64,000 nt of DNA from an uncultured Candidatus Micrarchaeota archaeon. GTDB lineage: Archaea; Micrarchaeota; Micrarchaeia; Micrarchaeales; Micrarchaeaceae. The notes beneath the pieces are model-generated. The model had not been told where the DNA came from. It saw nothing but the letters and a program-made list of their open reading frames with translations, and did no database searches. Each line of letters starts with the position of its first letter. Positions within the stretch are counted from its first letter, which is position 1. The stretch lies in contig CAVUGN010000004.1 in NCBI GenBank assembly GCA_963741095.1, positions 1-64,000 of the forward strand, given 5' to 3'. The position numbers were made by a program, and so were the translations under genes. Below, piece by piece: positions 58,896 to 64,000 of the stretch.

Positions 58896-59561
58896 ATGGA
58901 GGGCGCGAACCCGTCCCTGATCTACAAAAAGCTTAGGTCGAGGTTCGGCTTCCTGGACTGGTGGCCCGGCGACACGAAGTTCGAGATATTCGTCGGGGCC
59001 ATACTCACACAGCAGACCTCCTGGAAGAACGTGGAAAAGGCCATAGATAACCTGAAGAGCGCAGGCTGCCTCGATTTCGACAAGATATCAACGATGAGAG
59101 TGGCAACTCTCGAATCCTTGATAAAGCCGAGCGGTTTCTACAGGCAGAAGGCAAGAAGGCTCATCGGAATATGCCGATCCATAAAAAGGGATTACGGCTC
59201 ATTGAAAAGGCTATTCAGCTTGGAAGAGAGCGAGCTCAGGAAAGTACTTTTATCCTACAACGGCATAGGCAACGAGACCGCGGATTCGATAATCCTATAC
59301 GCCGCAGAGAAGCCGATCTTCGTGATAGACGCATACACGAAGAGGGCGATGCACAGGATAGACCCCAGAATAAAGGAAGAGATAAGTTACGACCAGCTGC
59401 AGAGCTATTTCGAAAGCAGGCTGGAAAAGAACCTGGAGCTGTACGGCGACATGCACGCGCAGTTCGTCGAGCTGGGGAAGCGTTATTGCAGGACGAAGCC
59501 CGCCTGCGCAGAATGCCCGCTGAACGATTTGTGCGAGCACGGCATCCGTGCGGTGGCATAA
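58896..59561 (+). CDS. Endonuclease III-related HhH-GPD protein with Fe-S motif
   Basis: WWP, GAILTQ.T.W.NV, GIG.ETADSI, C...P.C..CPL...C. Confidence 0.9.
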   Translation: MEGANPSLIYKKLRSRFGFLDWWPGDTKFEIFVGAILTQQTSWKNVEKAIDNLKSAGCLDFDKISTMRVATLESLIKPSGFYRQKARRLIGICRSIKRDYGSLKRLFSLEESELRKVLLSYNGIGNETADSIILYAAEKPIFVIDAYTKRAMHRIDPRIKEEISYDQLQSYFESRLEKNLELYGDMHAQFVELGKRYCRTKPACAECPLNDLCEHGIRAVA

Positions 59562-59627
59562 GGACGTCAAACGTCCAACCACTATAAAAAGGGCTAAATA
59601 TCTGATAAGGCGCTATAATCACTGTAA

Positions 59628-60995
59628 ATGGTTGATGCTATGGCAAGCAAAACAACGGTTATAGACGGCGCTGCTCCAGTGTCCACTTCAATGCCAATTA
59701 ACATATCCGATGCAAGAAAAACCTCTGGCGACGAACAGAAAAACGCAACTGCCACGGTGAAGAGGCTTGTGGACGAGGTGCTAAGGATACAGGGCGCATT
59801 CAAGGGCTACGACCTCTCGACCATAACGAACGAGAAGCTCAAGGCAATATTAGAACTAGACGTGAAGAAGGCGGTAAAAGATTGGCTGGAGGAGGGGGAC
59901 ACGAACGTTCTAAACGGGAAGACGACCCCGTTAACTCACGAAAAGCAGAGCGTAACCAAAATGAAGGAGACATGGGACGAACAATGGAATGCAAAGTATG
60001 CCACGCTGGATCCCACACTATCCACTGTCATCAAGGAAGTGAAGGTCGACAGTCCAACCGAGTTACACAACGAGCTTTATGCGTTGATGAAATCGAGCAA
60101 AAAAGAGGCAGACTTCCTCATGACGGGCAGGAATCCGTCCATGCTATCCGAGATATGGTCCACACCGTTCACGGATCTACGCTATGATTCTTACGAAATG
60201 CGGCAATACCTAAGCAAGGTAAGCCACTCCGGCTCTCCATCGCAATTCACCCGCGCTGTCTACAAAACCGGACAGCTGCTGTCGGCAAAGAGCCTTGACG
60301 AGCAGATGAGAAAAATCCTGGAAACGCTGCCTGACGTTAACAGGCTACATGATGGCGTGGTCCGCTTGGAAGAGTCAATAGTCCAGCTCAGGCTGCCGGA
60401 CGTGGCATTCGACAAGAGGGCACCGGACGACAAGCGGGTCCTGACCCCTGCTGAAATGCGGGAGTTCATCAAGGGTGAAATGGATGCAGGCATGGACAAC
60501 ATAGGCGTCATACGGAAGTACGGCGTACTGTTCGGGGAAGAGAAGGGAGCCACGGCGGCCGGCACCGCAAAGTCCGGAAGCGCAAACGGGACTTACAATT
60601 CCAGCATCCAGGCCTGGGGAATGGCTATGGGCGCATGGTGGACGTCTGCACAGACTCGTCTGGCAACGCCAACCAAAGAAGAAATGGACGCCATCAACCA
60701 GAGACTCAATATTCTAGCCGCGGCGAACAAAGAGGGAAAAGAGAAAGCCGCCATAGAACTGTGGGGCGAGCTGAACAAATTCTGGCTCATGCACACCAAA
60801 ACGATAGCCGAAGCAGACCGGGCGCGTGTGGTGGCTGAGACCGCGCCCGTCAAAACAATGGAGGACGTGGAAAAAATGTGGCGGCGCAGCATGGACATCT
60901 ACGAATCGTTCATGAAGAATCAGCAGGCGAACCCACCGCCAAAATCAAAAAGAGACGATGAGAACGGTTACCAGGAGCCGCCACCTAAACCTTAA
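59628..60995 (+). CDS. Hypothetical helical protein (455 aa)
   Basis: Long open frame with TAAATA box upstream; no family recognised. Confidence 0.7.
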   Translation: MVDAMASKTTVIDGAAPVSTSMPINISDARKTSGDEQKNATATVKRLVDEVLRIQGAFKGYDLSTITNEKLKAILELDVKKAVKDWLEEGDTNVLNGKTTPLTHEKQSVTKMKETWDEQWNAKYATLDPTLSTVIKEVKVDSPTELHNELYALMKSSKKEADFLMTGRNPSMLSEIWSTPFTDLRYDSYEMRQYLSKVSHSGSPSQFTRAVYKTGQLLSAKSLDEQMRKILETLPDVNRLHDGVVRLEESIVQLRLPDVAFDKRAPDDKRVLTPAEMREFIKGEMDAGMDNIGVIRKYGVLFGEEKGATAAGTAKSGSANGTYNSSIQAWGMAMGAWWTSAQTRLATPTKEEMDAINQRLNILAAANKEGKEKAAIELWGELNKFWLMHTKTIAEADRARVVAETAPVKTMEDVEKMWRRSMDIYESFMKNQQANPPPKSKRDDENGYQEPPPKP

Positions 60996-61065
60996 ACAAC
61001 CTGACGGCTCTTCAGTAATCGGACTGTTCTACTTCGCCGGCAGCGCGTTCTGAAGAATTGCTAGT

Positions 61066-61473
61066 TCATTTCCTAAGTACGGCCTTTATCTCGCTTGTGA
61101 GCCTGTGGATTTTTTCCACTTCCTCCTTCTCCTGCGCGGTTTCCTCGCCGCCGTGGTTGGCTATGTTGTCTTCTATGGCCTCAAGCATCTCCAACCATTC
61201 CTCCGCTTCTTCTTTCATCAGCTCCACTACCGCCCTGTCCGTGGAGAAAAGATCGAGGAGCTTCAGCAGCTTCTGCTTGTCGGTTATCTCCTCGCTGCCC
61301 TGAAGCCTTTCCTTTATGTGCTCCCTGAGCGTCTTTATATCCTCAAGTGTCAGGTCCTTGTTCTCGGCTATCAGGCTGTCCAGGCTCTTCACGAAATTGA
61401 GCATCGCCTCGTGCAGGCTGCCGAAAAGGTTGCTCAGCGTGACATTCTTTATGCCGTCCATCAGCCCTGCCAT
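61066..61473 (-). CDS. Hypothetical acidic helical protein
   Basis: 135-aa ORF with host-like codon usage. Confidence 0.65.
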   Translation of the reverse strand: MAGLMDGIKNVTLSNLFGSLHEAMLNFVKSLDSLIAENKDLTLEDIKTLREHIKERLQGSEEITDKQKLLKLLDLFSTDRAVVELMKEEAEEWLEMLEAIEDNIANHGGEETAQEKEEVEKIHRLTSEIKAVLRK

Positions 61474-61595
61474 TGCATCATCTACATCTACGCTTCGTTT
61501 AAAAAGTATTTATAACCCAATCATTTTATTGCACACGCGGTATTGCGCAATACTTATTTAAGATTTCGTTGCAATCATAATACGGAGGTGATAGC

Positions 61596-62642
61596 ATGGC
61601 AAACAAGAACGACAAGGGCAAATACTTGAACGAGAAGCTGAGGCACATAAGCATAGAGACGAAGACGATAAAGGACCTGGTGGACTCCTATTCATACATG
61701 GCGTTCCAGTCCAAGAACCTCGCCAACGCGGCGAACATATACGAGCGTATGCTCGAGGACAAGGACTGCTCTGTGATACTCTGCCTTGCCGGCTCGATAT
61801 TCAGCGCCGGCCTTAAGAACATAGTGCACAGGATGGTGAAGGACAACATGGTCGACGCGATAGTCTCGACCGGCGCGATAATGGTCGACCAGGACTTCTT
61901 CGAGGCCCTGGGATTCAGCCACTACCTCGGCACGCCGATGGTTGATGACGAAGAGCTCAGGTCGCTTGCGATAGACAGGATATACGACACGTTCATAGAC
62001 GAAGATCAACTGCGGGTCTGCGACGAAACGGTCGGGAAGATAGCGGATTCGCTCAAGCCCATACCTTACTCCTCAAGGGAATTCCTGGTGGAGATGGGCA
62101 GGTATCTCGACAAGGACAAGAACAACAAGGCAAAGGAACAGTCCGTGGTCTACGAGTGCTACCGAAAGGGAGTGCCGATATTCGTGCCCTCGTTCTCGGA
62201 CTGCAGCGCCGGCTTCGGTCTGCTGAAGCACCAGTGGGATCACCCGCAGAGCCACGTCTCCATAGACACGGCGAAGGACTTCCTTGAATTGACGAAGGTG
62301 AAGATTGCGTCCAAAGAAACGGGACTGTTGATGATCAGCGGCGGCGTGCCGAAGAACTTCGCACAGGATGTTGTGGTCGCGACAGACGTACTCGGATTCG
62401 AAAAGCCGATGCACAAGTACGCCATACAGATAACCGTGGCGGACGAGCGTGATGGCGGCCTTTCAGGCTCAACTCTCAAGGAGGCCCATTCATGGGGTAA
62501 GGTCAACCTGAGCAACACGCAGATGGTCTACTCGGAAGCGACATTGGCGCTGCCGATCATTGCCTCATACGTGCACGAAAAGGGCGCATGGAAGAACAGG
62601 AAGGACAAGAACTACAACGCGGTTCTTGCGAAGCAGAGCTGA
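61596..62642 (+). CDS. Deoxyhypusine synthase-family protein (bacterial-like clade)
   Basis: STGA..VDQDFFEALG, DRIYD, GGGVPKN-like, GGLSGSTL.EA.SWGK. Confidence 0.9.
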   Translation: MANKNDKGKYLNEKLRHISIETKTIKDLVDSYSYMAFQSKNLANAANIYERMLEDKDCSVILCLAGSIFSAGLKNIVHRMVKDNMVDAIVSTGAIMVDQDFFEALGFSHYLGTPMVDDEELRSLAIDRIYDTFIDEDQLRVCDETVGKIADSLKPIPYSSREFLVEMGRYLDKDKNNKAKEQSVVYECYRKGVPIFVPSFSDCSAGFGLLKHQWDHPQSHVSIDTAKDFLELTKVKIASKETGLLMISGGVPKNFAQDVVVATDVLGFEKPMHKYAIQITVADERDGGLSGSTLKEAHSWGKVNLSNTQMVYSEATLALPIIASYVHEKGAWKNRKDKNYNAVLAKQS

Positions 62643-62718
62643 TCGGCAGACCTGATTGCGTTGCAATACGCGGTCAGCCGGAGGCCTGTTGCAGCAACCC
62701 GGTCATCACGAGAGCAGA

Positions 62719-63987
62719 TCATCTGATCTCGGCTTCGGGGAAGTCCAGGGTTGCAAAATAATCTTCCGGGGTTTCTGCGCGCCTGATCAACTTTGCTTTT
62801 CCTGTACTCTGCATCAGAATCTCTGCACTGCGAAGCTTGCCATTATAATTGAAGCCCATCGCATGGCCATGCGCTCCGGCATTGTGTATCGCAAGTATGT
62901 CGCCCATCTTTATCTCCGGAAGCATACGGTCGACGGCAAACTTGTCGTTGTTTTCGCACAGCGATCCGACGACGTCGTATTTGTGGTCTCGCGGCGCGCC
63001 CTCCTTCCCTAGAATCGTGATGTGGTGATAAGCGCCGTACATCGCGGGGCGCATCAGGTTGGCCATGCACGCATCGACGCCTATGTACTCCTTGTAGATG
63101 TGCTTCTCGTGGATCGCGGTCGTTACCAGGTAGCCGAAGGGCCCGGTCATCATCCTGCCGTTCTCCATGAATATCTTAAGCGGCGCGAACCCGTTCTTCT
63201 CTATCTTTTCCGCATAAGCCGCGCGAATTCCGTCTGAAACCACCTGCAGGTCCACTGGCTTCTGCTCGGGCTTGTACGGTATCCCTATGCCCCCGCCCAG
63301 ATTCACAAACTCGAATCTTATCCCCAGTTTGCGCGAGAGTTCGACCACCAGGTCGAAGAGCATGTTGGCCGTTTCTATGAACGCCTGCGGGTCCAGCTCG
63401 TTCGAGGCTATCATCGTGTGCAGGCCGAAACGCTTCACTCCCTTGGCCTTCATTGCCGCATAGGCTTCGAAGAGCTGCGGCCTCGTAAGCCCGTACTTCG
63501 CCTGCTCCGGATTTCCGATCACGTTGCCCGCCGCGGTTTTTCTCAAAGGGCCGGGGTTGTACCTGAAGCATATTATGCCCGGTATGCCGGCGTGCTCTTC
63601 CAAGAAAGGGATGTGCGTTATATCGTCAAGGTTGATTATCGCGCCAAGCTCCATGGCCTTCTTGTACTCCCCCGCGGGGGTGTCGTTCGACGTGAACATT
63701 ATGCTCTCTCCCTTTATTCCGACCTTCTCGGCAAGCAGCAGCTCTGGCAGAGAGCTGCAATCTGCGCCGCATCCCTCCTTTTTCAAGATCTCGACCAAAT
63801 AGGGATTCGGGCAGGCCTTTACCGCGAAATAGTTCTTGAACCCCTGTGCCCATGCGAAGGTCTTGTACAATTTCCTTGCATTATCCCTGATGCTTTTCTC
63901 ATCGTAGATGTGGAAGGGAGTGGGATTCGTCTCCATTATCTTCCGGATCTGCGCCTCGCTGAAAAACAGGTCCTTGTCGTTGTTCAT
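62719..63987 (-). CDS. lysA: Diaminopimelate decarboxylase (fold type III PLP enzyme)
   Basis: YFAVKA.PN, NLGGG.G, ENGR, GSLCENND, GAHG..MG.NYN. Confidence 0.88.
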   Translation of the reverse strand: MNNDKDLFFSEAQIRKIMETNPTPFHIYDEKSIRDNARKLYKTFAWAQGFKNYFAVKACPNPYLVEILKKEGCGADCSSLPELLLAEKVGIKGESIMFTSNDTPAGEYKKAMELGAIINLDDITHIPFLEEHAGIPGIICFRYNPGPLRKTAAGNVIGNPEQAKYGLTRPQLFEAYAAMKAKGVKRFGLHTMIASNELDPQAFIETANMLFDLVVELSRKLGIRFEFVNLGGGIGIPYKPEQKPVDLQVVSDGIRAAYAEKIEKNGFAPLKIFMENGRMMTGPFGYLVTTAIHEKHIYKEYIGVDACMANLMRPAMYGAYHHITILGKEGAPRDHKYDVVGSLCENNDKFAVDRMLPEIKMGDILAIHNAGAHGHAMGFNYNGKLRSAEILMQSTGKAKLIRRAETPEDYFATLDFPEAEIR

Positions 63988-64000
63988 CGGATCCACCAAA

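Noticed and set aside
1-64000. CRISPR array, cas genes, IS elements, rRNA
   Set aside because: No regularly spaced repeats, transposase or Cas motifs, or rRNA-like sequence seen.

Overview
Gene-dense archaeal chromosomal segment, most likely from a DPANN lineage such as Micrarchaeota. This is inferred from GatDE, Rpo3/4/10, the archaeal r-protein clusters, a T-loop tRNA intron and class III signal-peptide LamG proteins. Housekeeping content includes pyruvate dehydrogenase genes, GatD/GatE, IleRS, topoisomerase I, ScpA/B, Spt5-L11, the rpoD-tRNA-L18e-L13-S9-rpoN-tRNA-S2 cluster, four tRNAs, a glycosylation cluster and several DNA-repair genes. The most unusual items are: a stand-alone single-repeat (half) TATA-binding protein followed by a candidate small RNA; a strongly diverged histone-fold protein; a 2641-aa pilin-anchored adhesin built from five LamG cassettes, two of them an 885-bp apparently identical repeat; a tRNA-Gly with C at the normally invariant U33; a tRNA-Pro with a 59/60 BHB intron; a CheD-like protein lacking catalytic residues; a membrane-inserted single-HKD PLD; and a bacterial-type DHS-like polyamine enzyme. 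No CRISPR array, integrase or transposase was seen. All calls rest on motif recognition by eye, and no database searches were run.
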